Assembly (NCBI GenBank): GCA_902617955.1
Contig: CACMYW010000003.1
Location: 1-56,155 of the forward strand
Origin: an uncultured SAR86 cluster bacterium
Lineage (GTDB): Bacteria; Pseudomonadota; Gammaproteobacteria; Magnimaribacterales; D2472
DNA: 56,155 nucleotides
Direction: 5' to 3'
This document shows positions 31,379 to 41,407 of the stretch, piece after piece (the stretch's first letter is position 1; each line of letters opens with the position of its first letter). Both the position numbers and the translations under genes were made by a program. The notes beneath the pieces were generated by a model. That model did no database searches. It saw only the letters and a program-made list of their open reading frames with translations, and was not told the DNA's origin.

Positions 31379-31549
31379 AAAAACCAATTCACCGCTATAC
31401 ATTTTTTCCTGAACCGAAAGTCCAGGTGGCAAAGCTCTTATCGAATCAGGCTTCCCTAAGGTATTGCTCAACATCGACAGTGGAATATTGCCTATCATTT
31501 AAGTATCGGTTCAAAGATATCGAATGTATTGGCAAATGAACCAGTGTTT
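31379..31549 (-). ncRNA. ssrS: 6S RNA
   Basis: Canonical zapA-ssrS-ygfA position; rod pairing ACTGGTTCATTTGC/GCGGTGAATTGGT, ATACATT/AATGTAT, TGAACCGA/TCGGTTCA around a central bubble; TATAAT just upstream; ends approximate. Confidence 0.88.
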
Positions 31550-31601
31550 AAATTATACATCTTAAAATTGATTTCAACATGCAGGATTTTTTCAAGCAAG
31601 A

Positions 31602-31862
31602 TTAATTCAGGGCATCATCAATGGATGAGATTATTTGATTAATTTTATTTGAATCATCGTCACTTACTTGTGTTCCCTTAAGTGACTGAAACGCTAGATT
31701 AAGTGCTGCCAAAATTAGCGCGTTGCCTTTATCCGGTATCTGTTCAATCTCTTTGTTTAGAATTGTTGAGGCTTCTAATAGAAGTGGCTTATCCTCAGGA
31801 GGACAAGCAATTGAAATATCTCTTCCCATCACACGTATCGATAGGATCTCTTTATCACTCAT
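31602..31862 (-). CDS. zapA: Cell division protein ZapA
   Basis: IRVMGRDISIACP, LAALNLA; synteny with 6S RNA. Confidence 0.85.
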   Translation of the reverse strand: MSDKEILSIRVMGRDISIACPPEDKPLLLEASTILNKEIEQIPDKGNALILAALNLAFQSLKGTQVSDDDSNKINQIISSIDDALN

Positions 31863-32058
31863 GTTCAGATCTTGATTGCAGTTTAGCTAGGTCTCTCTTT
31901 AAGGACTCAATTTCTTGTGCCTGTAAGATTTTATTTTCTTTCCAAACCCTTTCCTGTTTGATGTAGTGATCAATGATTCCTTTTTGCTCATTGAACCTAT
32001 TGAGCAAGTCATTTACTTTTTTAATTAGGTCAGAGAGCCCTTTTTCTTTCGATTCCAT
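31855..32058 (-). CDS. Small coiled-coil protein (ZapB/TIGR02449-like)
   Basis: 67-aa heptad pattern, immediately upstream of zapA. Confidence 0.6.
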   Translation of the reverse strand: MESKEKGLSDLIKKVNDLLNRFNEQKGIIDHYIKQERVWKENKILQAQEIESLKRDLAKLQSRSEHE

Positions 32059-32126
32059 TAAATATCAGTTTAAATCTTAGATGTAATTTAGGGAAGTTTG
32101 ATAGAAAAAAAGAGTAAAATGCTTTT

Positions 32127-33425
32127 ATGAAAACTATGTTTGCAGACAGAAGAAAAGCAGTTGGCGGTGCAATGGGTCCTAATGCATGCCTGCTGATTGC
32201 AAGTAATGATCATGTTTCACGTAACATTCATCATACTTACTCTTTTAGACAGGACAGTTATTTTTGGTATCTATCTGGGTTTAATGAGTCAGATTCCATA
32301 ATAGTTATTAAAACTGATAGCGAGGCAAACTTAAGCTCCTATATGTATGTTCCACCTAAAGATGAACATTCAGAACTTTGGGACGGATATCGTGCTGGAC
32401 CTAAAGGCGCTGAAGACGACTATGGATTTTCTAAGGGATACAACAACCATGAGGCAGATCAAACCATTCCAGATTTATTGGCAGGATGTAATAAGGTTTT
32501 TTCATTAATTGGTTACAAAGAAGATTTTTCTAAGAGGGTTGCAGGTTGGGTTAAGCAGGCAAGATTGAAAGATCGCCATACTGCAGCCATCGAACACCTT
32601 GATGCTGGGCCATTTTTATCCTCGTTAAGGCGAGTTAAATCAGAAAAAGAAATCCAATTAATGAAAAAGGGTTGTGAGATTTCCGCACAAGCGCATAAAG
32701 CAGCCATGCAATTTGTTGCTCCCAATATGAATGAGCAAAGTCTTGAAGCGTTTTATTTATATAAATTTGCTGAGCAAGGCTCAAGGTTTCCTGCTTATAC
32801 ACCAATTGTTGCGGGTGGTGAACATGCTTGCATCTTGCATTATGTTGAGAATGATCAAACCTTAAATGATGGTGATCTAGTTTTAGTTGATGCAGGTGGA
32901 GAATATGAATGTTATGCATCAGACATCACAAGAACATATCCTGTGAATGGAAAATTTAGTGATGAGCAGCTAGCAGTTTATAAGGTTGTTTTGGAGGCTC
33001 ACAAACAAGCCATTGAGGCGGTCAAAACAGGGAATCATATTATGCAGCCTCAAGAAATTTCTGAACAAGTTATTACTGAGGGATTGGTTGATTTGGGCAT
33101 ACTTGATGGAAAAACCGAAGATTTATTGGAAGAGGGCGCTCACAAAAACTTTTACATGCATAAAGTTGGCCATTGGATAGGCCTAGATACACATGATGTG
33201 GGAGCTTACTCAGATGGCAATAATTTCACTAATTATGAGGCAGGAATGGTGCAAACCATTGAGCCAGGAATTTATATTTCTAGCAAAAGCTCTGTTGATG
33301 AAAAATGGAAGGGGATCGGGGTTCGAATCGAAGACAATATTCTTATTACCGATCAAGGCAATGAAAACCTTACACAAAGCGCTCCAGTAGATCCAAAAGA
33401 AATTGAAGCCCTGATGTCTTCATAA
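32127..33425 (+). CDS. pepP: Xaa-Pro aminopeptidase
   Basis: FRQDSYFWYL, DAG, ASDITRT, GHWIGLDTHD, TIEPGIY, GVRIEDN. Confidence 0.96.
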   Translation: MKTMFADRRKAVGGAMGPNACLLIASNDHVSRNIHHTYSFRQDSYFWYLSGFNESDSIIVIKTDSEANLSSYMYVPPKDEHSELWDGYRAGPKGAEDDYGFSKGYNNHEADQTIPDLLAGCNKVFSLIGYKEDFSKRVAGWVKQARLKDRHTAAIEHLDAGPFLSSLRRVKSEKEIQLMKKGCEISAQAHKAAMQFVAPNMNEQSLEAFYLYKFAEQGSRFPAYTPIVAGGEHACILHYVENDQTLNDGDLVLVDAGGEYECYASDITRTYPVNGKFSDEQLAVYKVVLEAHKQAIEAVKTGNHIMQPQEISEQVITEGLVDLGILDGKTEDLLEEGAHKNFYMHKVGHWIGLDTHDVGAYSDGNNFTNYEAGMVQTIEPGIYISSKSSVDEKWKGIGVRIEDNILITDQGNENLTQSAPVDPKEIEALMSS

Positions 33426-33430
33426 ATTCA

Positions 33431-34492
33431 ATGAGTATTTTAATTGCAGGCAATGGTATTGTTGCAAAAATACTTTCAATCAAATTAAGACAATCAGGCA
33501 TTTCATCACAGATCCTTGAGGGGGATCCTAAGCATTACCAAAATATTAGAACCATTACTCTCAATCCTGCATCGATAGATTTTTTGAATAGCTTGGATTT
33601 AGGAATTTCAAAAGCTGAGGTTCAAGATATTCATGTTTATGATGCAGAGGGCAGTGGCCGGATTTCTTTTTCAAGTGATGACATTACCGAAGATTACCTT
33701 GCAAAGGTAGTTTTTTACGACGAACTAAATAATGCTTTGGCCAGACATAATTTTAATTTTTTCTCAAAGAATGATCTTGAACAAAATAAAAAATCCACTG
33801 ATCTAGTTATTTACTGTGATTCAAATCAGCAAAACATGCTCGGTGTTAAAGAGGCCCAAAGTTATGAGCAAATCGGTCATACATTTTTGGTCTCTAGCAA
33901 TGACTTAAATGATAACTCGGCAAAGCAATATTTTTATAAAAATGAAATTTTTGCGATTATGCCAACTAATAAAAATAATTTATTTACTGTTGTTTGGTCG
34001 ATCCCAAAAGCTCATGCGTCATCTGATAAAGAGTCAGTTAAGAAAAGTCTCTCAAAGATTTCTAAGAAATTTAATCTCAAATTAAAACTTGAAAGTGAGA
34101 TTGTTTCATTCCCCTTGTCGCATCATCACACAAAAGATTATGTTAAGCCTGGCCAATGTATTTTGGCTGATGCCGCACATTCAATCCACCCCCTTGCAGG
34201 GCAAGGACTCAATCTCGGTATTGCAGATGCAAGTGTTCTTTTAGAAGAACTTGTCAAAGCTAGAAATGCAAATCTTTCGTTTGGAGATATCGCTGTTCTT
34301 AAAAGATATGAAATCAGACGAAGAACAATCAACAAGTCTATGTTGTCGGGCATTAATCTCCTCAACGGTTTATTCAAAGCAGACAATCTTTATTTAAGAT
34401 TTGTCAGAAATAGGGGTCTTAGCCTGGTAGATAATGTTCCTCAATTGAAAAAATTTTTTATAAAAAATGCAATAGGAGAGATAAGATTTTAA
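33431..34492 (+). CDS. UbiH/UbiI/UbiF-family FAD hydroxylase, shortened and divergent
   Basis: DAAHSIHPLAGQGLNLG; position after pepP. Confidence 0.85.
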   Translation: MSILIAGNGIVAKILSIKLRQSGISSQILEGDPKHYQNIRTITLNPASIDFLNSLDLGISKAEVQDIHVYDAEGSGRISFSSDDITEDYLAKVVFYDELNNALARHNFNFFSKNDLEQNKKSTDLVIYCDSNQQNMLGVKEAQSYEQIGHTFLVSSNDLNDNSAKQYFYKNEIFAIMPTNKNNLFTVVWSIPKAHASSDKESVKKSLSKISKKFNLKLKLESEIVSFPLSHHHTKDYVKPGQCILADAAHSIHPLAGQGLNLGIADASVLLEELVKARNANLSFGDIAVLKRYEIRRRTINKSMLSGINLLNGLFKADNLYLRFVRNRGLSLVDNVPQLKKFFIKNAIGEIRF

Positions 34493-34504
34493 GCATTCCA
34501 ATGC

Positions 34505-34539
34505 TTGCACCTTAAAATGAGAATGATTATCATTCTCAT
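34505..34539 (+). promoter_or_regulatory. Fur box overlapping a sigma70 promoter
   Basis: ATGAGAATGAT-T-ATCATTCTCAT palindrome (34517-34539), 16/19 match to GATAATGATAATCATTATC; TTGCAC-17 bp-TATCAT promoter. Confidence 0.88.
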
Positions 34540-34555
34540 CAATACTTTTTAAACA

Positions 34556-35560
34556 ATGAACCTATTTAAACTTTTTCAAATATTAGTCTTCTCTTTATTC
34601 TTAACATCCTGCGATCAAAGTGTTAACCAAGATACACTCACTGTATATACATCTCGTCAGCCTCAATTAATAGAACCTATTTTGGATAAATATACAGAAG
34701 CGACTGGTATTGATATCGTATTACTTTCAGGAAATGCTCAGCAACTTCTTGAGAGAATTGAAGTGGAGGGTATAAATTCTCCAGCCGACCTATTCATCAC
34801 TGTTGATGCAGGAGTTTTGTGGCAAGCCAGCCAAGCAAATATTTTCGAACCAATTTCTTCCAGCATTCTAACTAATAACATTCCTAAGAACTTTAGAGAT
34901 CCGGAAGGAAAGTGGTTTGGGCTGTCAAAACGCATAAGAGCAATTGTAGTGAATGATAAAGGCAATCAAGTACCCCCAAAAAGCTATCATGAGTTAGCTG
35001 AAAAAGAATGGAAAAATAGACTTTGCCTTAGAACTTCAGCAAAAGTTTACAATCAATCCCTAATTGCAAGCATGCTCTATAGGCTGAGTGAAGAAGAAAC
35101 GCACAAAATTTTATCTGGATGGAGTAACAATCTAGCCACCAAGGTATTTTCAAGTGATACCTTAGCACTCAAGGCAGTTCAATCAGGTCAATGTGACGCA
35201 ACAATAGTTAATTCGTACTATTTGGGCAGATTAATAGACCAACAAATTGGAAACAATCTTTCAATTATCTGGCCTGATCAAGAATCATTTGGAGTGCATG
35301 TAAATATTTCAGGCGGCGGTGTGTTGAAAACTTCGAATAATAAAGCTGAAGCTGTGAAATTGCTTGAATGGTTGTCAGGCAAAGAAGCGCAAAAAGATTA
35401 TGCTTTCGTAAACCTTGAATATCCAGTCCTTCAAGATCAAGAACTTCACCCAATATTAAAATCATGGGGCAATTTCAAAGAAGATACTATGCCGGTTCAT
35501 CAATTAGGAGTATTGCAAAGACAGGCTGTCTTAGCAGCCAGGAAAGCGGACTATAATTGA
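34556..35560 (+). CDS. Fe(III) ABC transporter substrate-binding lipoprotein (FutA/FbpA type)
   Basis: Lipobox LTS-C, VYTSR, SPADLFITVDAG, WFGLSKR, YNQSL, NSYY, NLEYP; Fur box upstream. Confidence 0.92.
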   Translation: MNLFKLFQILVFSLFLTSCDQSVNQDTLTVYTSRQPQLIEPILDKYTEATGIDIVLLSGNAQQLLERIEVEGINSPADLFITVDAGVLWQASQANIFEPISSSILTNNIPKNFRDPEGKWFGLSKRIRAIVVNDKGNQVPPKSYHELAEKEWKNRLCLRTSAKVYNQSLIASMLYRLSEEETHKILSGWSNNLATKVFSSDTLALKAVQSGQCDATIVNSYYLGRLIDQQIGNNLSIIWPDQESFGVHVNISGGGVLKTSNNKAEAVKLLEWLSGKEAQKDYAFVNLEYPVLQDQELHPILKSWGNFKEDTMPVHQLGVLQRQAVLAARKADYN

Positions 35561-36132
35561 AACTGTTTTAGAAGTTTAAGTGCTTCAAATAGCGGCAAGC
35601 CAACGACATTCGAATAACTTCCCTTTATTCCTTTTATAAACTTTTCTGCATAACCTTGAATTGCATATGCTCCAGCCTTATCGAGGGGTTCATCAGTTTC
35701 ACTGTATTCTTTAAGCTCAATGGCTGAAATATCTCCAAATTCTACGAATGTAGATACAGATATCGTTGCTATATCTGCTTTTTCAGAATCCCAAGCACCA
35801 ACTGAAACACCGGTTATGACTTCATGAACTTGTCCAGAGAGTTCTGATAGCATCGTAAAAGCATGGTCTGATGACTTAGGCTTGCCATATATCTTATTGC
35901 CCATAACAACAATGGTATCCGCTGCTAATACAGGGTAATTTTCAAGATTGGTAGCAATTGCATTTTTTATCCCTTGAGAACACTTCTCTTTTGCAAGTTT
36001 CTCTGCATTAAACGCTGGACTACCTTCTAAGACGAGATTCTCTTCAATTTCTGCTTCAAGTAACAAAAACTCTACATTGATTTTTTTTAGTAATTCTGCC
36101 CTTCGTGGAGATTTTGATGCAAGATATATCAT
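35551..36132 (-). CDS. maf: Maf-family nucleotide pyrophosphatase (YhdE type)
   Basis: LASKSPRR, AADTIV, GKP, DKAGAYAIQG, NVVGLP. Confidence 0.94.
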   Translation of the reverse strand: MIYLASKSPRRAELLKKINVEFLLLEAEIEENLVLEGSPAFNAEKLAKEKCSQGIKNAIATNLENYPVLAADTIVVMGNKIYGKPKSSDHAFTMLSELSGQVHEVITGVSVGAWDSEKADIATISVSTFVEFGDISAIELKEYSETDEPLDKAGAYAIQGYAEKFIKGIKGSYSNVVGLPLFEALKLLKQFQL

Positions 36133-36164
36133 AAATATATTTTATAGCATAGGTGGGAAACATC

Positions 36165-37043
36165 ATGACAGATAAAGGAAAAGTTATTCTGGTTACTGGG
36201 GCAAGCAGGGGAGTGGGCAAAGGAATTGCTGAAAGTGTTGGGAAACCCGGTGACACAATTATTTGTGTTGGACGCTCTGTGGATTCTGGCACCACAGTAA
36301 ACCAATTTGGTTTTGAGATAAATTCAAGCTTGATTGATACGGCCTCAAATATTGAAAAACAAGGTATAGAGTGTGATGTTTTGCCAGCAGACTTAAATCT
36401 AAAAAAAGACATTCAAAACATTCAATCAATTATTGAGGATAAATATGGCAGACTCGATATGCTTATCCATGCTGCATGCCAAATACATGACGACCTAGTC
36501 TTACCCAAGCCCTTTTGGGAAAAATCAACAGATTTATGGTCTGTCATTGAAGTTGGATTAAAGTCAAACTATTTTCTTAGTCATGCGCTAGCATCAATGT
36601 TGATAAAAACATCCAAATCACTGGTTGTTCAAATTTCTTCACATGGCTCAAGTTGTTATATGCATGGCCCAATTTATGGAGCTCAAAAAGCAGGAATAGA
36701 CAAAATGGCGTTTGATATGGCTTTTGATTTTAAAGATCATGATGTATGTTCCATTTCACTTTGGTCAGGTATTGTTCTGGATGAAAAAACTGAAAAAGTT
36801 AGTAAAAATATGGATGAACAATATGCTGAATTTCTAAAAGGAGCCGCTTCCCAAGCTTTTGCAGGAAAAGTCATTAGAGCGTTTTACGATCAGGAAAATA
36901 AAATGCAGCATAGTGGCAAAACACTTATTGCAGCAGAAGTTGGTAAAGAGCTAGGAATTACAAACCCAGATGGAACTCAACCGAGAAGTGATAGAGAGAT
37001 GCTCGGAGGGCCTAAAGATTTTAATGAAGCAGTAGTTTATTAA
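36165..37043 (+). CDS. Short-chain dehydrogenase (DHRS1-like)
   Basis: TGASRGVG, YGAQK; ATG 36165 (GTG 36153 alternative). Confidence 0.88.
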   Translation: MTDKGKVILVTGASRGVGKGIAESVGKPGDTIICVGRSVDSGTTVNQFGFEINSSLIDTASNIEKQGIECDVLPADLNLKKDIQNIQSIIEDKYGRLDMLIHAACQIHDDLVLPKPFWEKSTDLWSVIEVGLKSNYFLSHALASMLIKTSKSLVVQISSHGSSCYMHGPIYGAQKAGIDKMAFDMAFDFKDHDVCSISLWSGIVLDEKTEKVSKNMDEQYAEFLKGAASQAFAGKVIRAFYDQENKMQHSGKTLIAAEVGKELGITNPDGTQPRSDREMLGGPKDFNEAVVY

Positions 37044-37280
37044 TTAAACTTTTTCGCCTCTGGCTCGGATATCTTTAAGAACGGCACTGATACCTTTCTT
37101 ATCAATAATCCTCATACCCTTAGCAGAGACTTTTAAGGAAACAAATCTATTTTCAGATTCAACCCAGAATCTGTGGGTATGTAAATTAGGCATAAACTTT
37201 CTTTTCGCGCGATTATTAGCGTGCGAAACATGATTTCCAGACTGAGGCATTTTGCCTGTTACTTGACATACTTTACTCAT
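37044..37280 (-). CDS. rpmB: 50S ribosomal protein L28
   Basis: [10 protein letters not shown]...SHANN...FMPNL...[10 protein letters not shown]. Confidence 0.98.
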   Translation of the reverse strand: MSKVCQVTGKMPQSGNHVSHANNRAKRKFMPNLHTHRFWVESENRFVSLKVSAKGMRIIDKKGISAVLKDIRARGEKV

Positions 37281-37332
37281 AGGCAAGCGATTTTAAAGTA
37301 CGAAGGGGTTATAAGCAAGATAGAATAACTAA

Positions 37333-37815
37333 GTGAATCAATTATTTTTATTACGTCATGCTAAGTCATCTTGGGCAAGCAATCATCTTAGTGATTTTGA
37401 TAGACCATTAAATAATCGTGGCAGAAGAAACGCCATGGATCTTGGAGAATCATTTTTTGAAAAAAAGCTCAAAATAGATCATGTATTATGTAGCCCCAGT
37501 GCTCGAACAAAAGAAACGTTTGATATTATCCAAAGCATTTCTAATTTTGCATTAGATCATAAATTTATTGATAGTATTTATCACTCAAGCGTTGGGAATT
37601 TAATAGAGATTCTTTCTCAAATCAATTTAGAAACTACATCTGTAATGATTATTGGTCATAATCCCTCCATGCACTTAATGACTGAACTGCTAGTAAATCA
37701 GACAATGGATAAATTCCCTACTTGCACGCTGGCACAAATAAAAATTGTGGATTCATGGGATAAACTAAGAAAACATCAAAATAAATTGATTAATTTTGAA
37801 AAACCAAAAAAATAA
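37333..37815 (+). CDS. SixA-like histidine phosphatase
   Basis: [25 protein letters not shown]. Confidence 0.9.
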   Translation: MNQLFLLRHAKSSWASNHLSDFDRPLNNRGRRNAMDLGESFFEKKLKIDHVLCSPSARTKETFDIIQSISNFALDHKFIDSIYHSSVGNLIEILSQINLETTSVMIIGHNPSMHLMTELLVNQTMDKFPTCTLAQIKIVDSWDKLRKHQNKLINFEKPKK

Positions 37816-37817
37816 TT

Positions 37818-38270
37818 ATGGAAATTGAAATAAAAATTATTGACCCCAAACTTGGAACCGAAATTGCTTTACCTGAATATGCCACCGAAGGATCAGCAGG
37901 TATGGATCTAAGAGCGTGCCTCAATGAACCCATTAAAATAAAATCTAATGAGACTTTTTTGATTCCTTTAGGATTTGCAATGCATATTAATGATCCAAGC
38001 TTGGCAGCGATCGTAATACCGAGATCAGGGTTAGGATTTAAACACGGGCTTGTTTTAGGAAACCTAGTGGGCTTGATTGACTCTGATTATCAAGGTGAAC
38101 TCAAGGTACCAGCCTGGAATAGATCTGATAAAGACTTTGAGATTAACTCTGGAGATAGGATAGCCCAAATGCTTATAGTTCCTGTAATCCAAGCAAAATT
38201 TAACATCGTTGATGCATTTAAAGAATCAAAAAGAGGAGTAAAGGGATTTGGTAGCTCAGGGGTTGGTTAG
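37818..38270 (+). CDS. dut: dUTP diphosphatase
   Basis: [30 protein letters not shown]. Confidence 0.97.
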   Translation: MEIEIKIIDPKLGTEIALPEYATEGSAGMDLRACLNEPIKIKSNETFLIPLGFAMHINDPSLAAIVIPRSGLGFKHGLVLGNLVGLIDSDYQGELKVPAWNRSDKDFEINSGDRIAQMLIVPVIQAKFNIVDAFKESKRGVKGFGSSGVG

Positions 38271-38275
38271 AAAAT

Positions 38276-38518
38276 TTATTTCTTTCCAAACCTTTTTTCA
38301 AACCTTTGAACACGACCGCCGGTATCAACAATCCTTTGAGTGCCGGTGTAAAAAGGATGAGATGCAGATGAAATATCAAGAGGATAATATGGATAAGTTT
38401 TGCCTTCATACTCCCTTGTTTCACTAGTTTCTAATGTTGAAGGTATGAGAAAGTACTTATCAGCACCAGAATCATGGAATAAAACTTCTCTGTATTCAGG
38501 ATGTATATCTGCTTTCAT
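38276..38518 (-). CDS. rpmE2: 50S ribosomal protein L31, type B (Cys-free)
   Basis: [16 protein letters not shown]...[12 protein letters not shown]; no Cys. Confidence 0.93.
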   Translation of the reverse strand: MKADIHPEYREVLFHDSGADKYFLIPSTLETSETREYEGKTYPYYPLDISSASHPFYTGTQRIVDTGGRVQRFEKRFGKK

Positions 38519-38578
38519 AATAAAATTAGTTTCTAAGGATGAGCACTATATCAAAACCTGATGGCTTTACAAAGATAA

Positions 38579-40543
38579 ATGAGTAAATTTTTTTATAACA
38601 TCTCTTTACCACTTGCTGTTCAAGGAACATTTACTTATTCGTCAGATATTGGGCTAGAAATTGGATTTAGAGTACTGGTTGATTTCTCCAACAGAGAAAG
38701 AATTGGTGTTGTAATAAAAAAAGTTGATAAGCCTGCATTTAAGACCTTAAAAATAAAAAAGATTTTTGATGACTTTGAAATTTTTAATACCAATGAATTG
38801 GCATTGCTGCATTGGATATCAGACTATTATCACTTTCCAATTGGGCAAGTCATCGATAACTTTATGCCCCCCTACCTAAGAAAAGCTAATGCAGTTGAAC
38901 TCCAAAACAATGATCTAGTAAGTGAGGCAGTGCCGCACTTTAATTTAGATTTAACCTCACATCAAGAAAAAGTATTTTTAGCTTTAAAACAATTAAAAGG
39001 TTTTGATCCCTGCCTTCTGTATGGTGTGACGGGTTCTGGCAAAACTGAGATCTACATTAAATTAATTCAAGAACAACTTAAGACCAATCAATCTGTATTA
39101 ATGCTTATTCCTGAAATTTCTCTAGCTCCGCAAATGGTAAAGAGGTTAAAGAAAATTTTTGGAGAGTTGGTAGCTTACTACCATTCTGGAATTACCAACT
39201 TAAATAGATGGAAGGTTTGGAGGGATGCTAGAAATGGTAATAAAAAAATTATTATTGGAACTCGATCTTCTGTTTTAATGCCACTAAAAAACCTTGGTCT
39301 AATTATTGTTGATGAAGAGCATGATCATTCTTATAAACAAGTTGAGGGCCTTAGTTATTCAGCTCGTGATGTAGCAATCAAAAGAGCTAGCGATCTAAAG
39401 ATACCAATAATTTTAGGCTCTGCTACCCCATCTTTGAGTATCTTGCGTCAGGTTGAAGATAAGAAATTTAAAAAAACAGAGTTGCTTGAAAGGTTTAATC
39501 AATCATCGCCACCTAAATTAACTTTTGTAGACATCAATACTAATAATTTAAAAGGCGGGATTTCTGAGATTGGTCAAAAAGCCATCTTAGATGATTATGC
39601 GAGCCAAGTACTAAGCATGGTATTTATTAATCGGCGAGGATTTGCACCTGAATATCGATGCAGTGAATGTGACTGGGTTGCGAGATGTAATAATTGTGAA
39701 ACCAACATGGTATTCCATCATGAGAAAAATCGATTGATATGCCACAGATGTGATTCTGCATATGGAATACCTGAGCTATGCCCCGATTGTGGGAATAGTG
39801 AGCTTGGAGGAGTAGGCTATGCCACTGAGAGTATATCGAAATACTTACAAGACAATACCCCGATTGATAGGAGCGAGGTTTATAGATTTGACAGTGATAC
39901 AACTAAAAAAAAGGGCACTTTAACTGAGCTATTAAAAAACATTAATGATGCCAATCAGGGCGTAATTGTTGGCACTCAAATGCTCATCAAAGGACACGAT
40001 TTTAAGAAATTAAAAACAGTAATCGTCATGAATATTGACGCAGGGTTAACCAGTATTAATCCATCAGCAATAGAAGATCTTGGCCAACAATTAATTCAAG
40101 TTAGTGGGAGAGCAGGAAGGTTGGAAACTAAAGCAGTAGTCCTTGTTCAGACCAGGTATCCTGATCATCCTTTATTAAAGAAACTTAAATCGGGAACATA
40201 TATGCCATTTGCTATGGATCTATTAACAGAAAGAAAAAAGCAGAGCCAACCGCCTTACGCTTATCAAGCTCTTTTAAAATCTTCATCAACTGTGATTCAA
40301 AAAAATATTAACTTTTTAGAAGCTATTTTAAAAAATTTTGAATTACCAGGATGTGATTTTTATGGACCGATGCCAGCATCGATATTTAAAGTTAGAGGAC
40401 GATATTTTCATTATGTTCTATTGCAAGCTAACAAAAGAACGGTACTCCATAATGCTTTAAATCAATTGGAAAAAAGAATTGGTCAATTAGCAAAATCAAG
40501 TAGCGTGAGATGGAAAGTGGAAATTGACCCTTTGAACTTTTAG
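38579..40543 (+). CDS. priA: Primosomal protein N'
   Basis: GVTGSGKTE, DEEHD, NRRGFA, four CxxC, QVSGRAGR. Confidence 0.97.
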   Translation: MSKFFYNISLPLAVQGTFTYSSDIGLEIGFRVLVDFSNRERIGVVIKKVDKPAFKTLKIKKIFDDFEIFNTNELALLHWISDYYHFPIGQVIDNFMPPYLRKANAVELQNNDLVSEAVPHFNLDLTSHQEKVFLALKQLKGFDPCLLYGVTGSGKTEIYIKLIQEQLKTNQSVLMLIPEISLAPQMVKRLKKIFGELVAYYHSGITNLNRWKVWRDARNGNKKIIIGTRSSVLMPLKNLGLIIVDEEHDHSYKQVEGLSYSARDVAIKRASDLKIPIILGSATPSLSILRQVEDKKFKKTELLERFNQSSPPKLTFVDINTNNLKGGISEIGQKAILDDYASQVLSMVFINRRGFAPEYRCSECDWVARCNNCETNMVFHHEKNRLICHRCDSAYGIPELCPDCGNSELGGVGYATESISKYLQDNTPIDRSEVYRFDSDTTKKKGTLTELLKNINDANQGVIVGTQMLIKGHDFKKLKTVIVMNIDAGLTSINPSAIEDLGQQLIQVSGRAGRLETKAVVLVQTRYPDHPLLKKLKSGTYMPFAMDLLTERKKQSQPPYAYQALLKSSSTVIQKNINFLEAILKNFELPGCDFYGPMPASIFKVRGRYFHYVLLQANKRTVLHNALNQLEKRIGQLAKSSSVRWKVEIDPLNF

Positions 40544-41407
40544 TTAGATATCAAATTCTTGATTAACAAGTTTTTCAGATAGCCTCCACAATTTTTCTGC
40601 TTCCGCTTCATTCTTTGAGTAGTGTGATGTTTTGGCAACTCTTCCATCCACCCAGTAAGCTCCAGTAATACTGAGACCGTCTATCTCAGCCAGATAAATT
40701 ATTGTATTTGCACCTTTGAGAGGTGATCTAAAAAATGGCTTTAAAATTATTTTCAATACTCTTCCTAAGAGTGAATTATTTTGATTGCCCAATGAGGTAT
40801 TAACTCCGCCTGGATGAATTGCATTGACAGTAACGCCATCTTTTTGAAGTTTCTTCGCCAATTGCTTTGTAAAAAGAATGTTTCCAAGTTTTGATTGACC
40901 ATAAGCTTTTAGCCCCATTTTAAAGTCATCTTTATAATTTATGTCATCCCACTGCATTCCTTTTACAAAATGATGTGCTGCTGAAGAAACATTGATGATT
41001 CTTGATTCACTTTCCTTCTTAACAAGATCTAGCAATAGGTTTGTAAAAAGAAAGTACCCCAAATGATTGACCGCAAATGTATTTTCAATTCCATCAATGG
41101 TTTCACTGTATTCGGTATTCACCACTCCTGCATTATTGATAAGCAAATCTATTGCTTTAAGGTCATTTTTAATTTTATCAGCACATTTTCGAATAGAGTC
41201 TTGAACAGAAAAATCACAAAAGAAACTATTGATTGAAAGATTTGGGTTAATTTTTTGCATTTCATTTTTTAAATCTTCAGCCAGCTCTTCATTGCGATAG
41301 GTAAAAGCAATTGATTTTGCTGATTCAGCAAACTTTATTGCGGCAGCTTTGCCAATACCGTTTGTAGCACCCGTTATCAAAATTGTTTTGTTATTTGTCC
41401 ACTTCAT
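40544..41407 (-). CDS. Short-chain dehydrogenase (retinol DH/WWOX-like)
   Basis: TGATNGIG, NNAG, NHLGYF, YGQSK, HPG. Confidence 0.9.
   Translation of the reverse strand: MKWTNNKTILITGATNGIGKAAAIKFAESAKSIAFTYRNEELAEDLKNEMQKINPNLSINSFFCDFSVQDSIRKCADKIKNDLKAIDLLINNAGVVNTEYSETIDGIENTFAVNHLGYFLFTNLLLDLVKKESESRIINVSSAAHHFVKGMQWDDINYKDDFKMGLKAYGQSKLGNILFTKQLAKKLQKDGVTVNAIHPGGVNTSLGNQNNSLLGRVLKIILKPFFRSPLKGANTIIYLAEIDGLSITGAYWVDGRVAKTSHYSKNEAEAEKLWRLSEKLVNQEFDI

Noticed and set aside
31366-31392. N-terminal extension of ygfA in the ORF track
   Set aside because: Overlaps the 6S RNA 3' stem; GTG 31365 fits better
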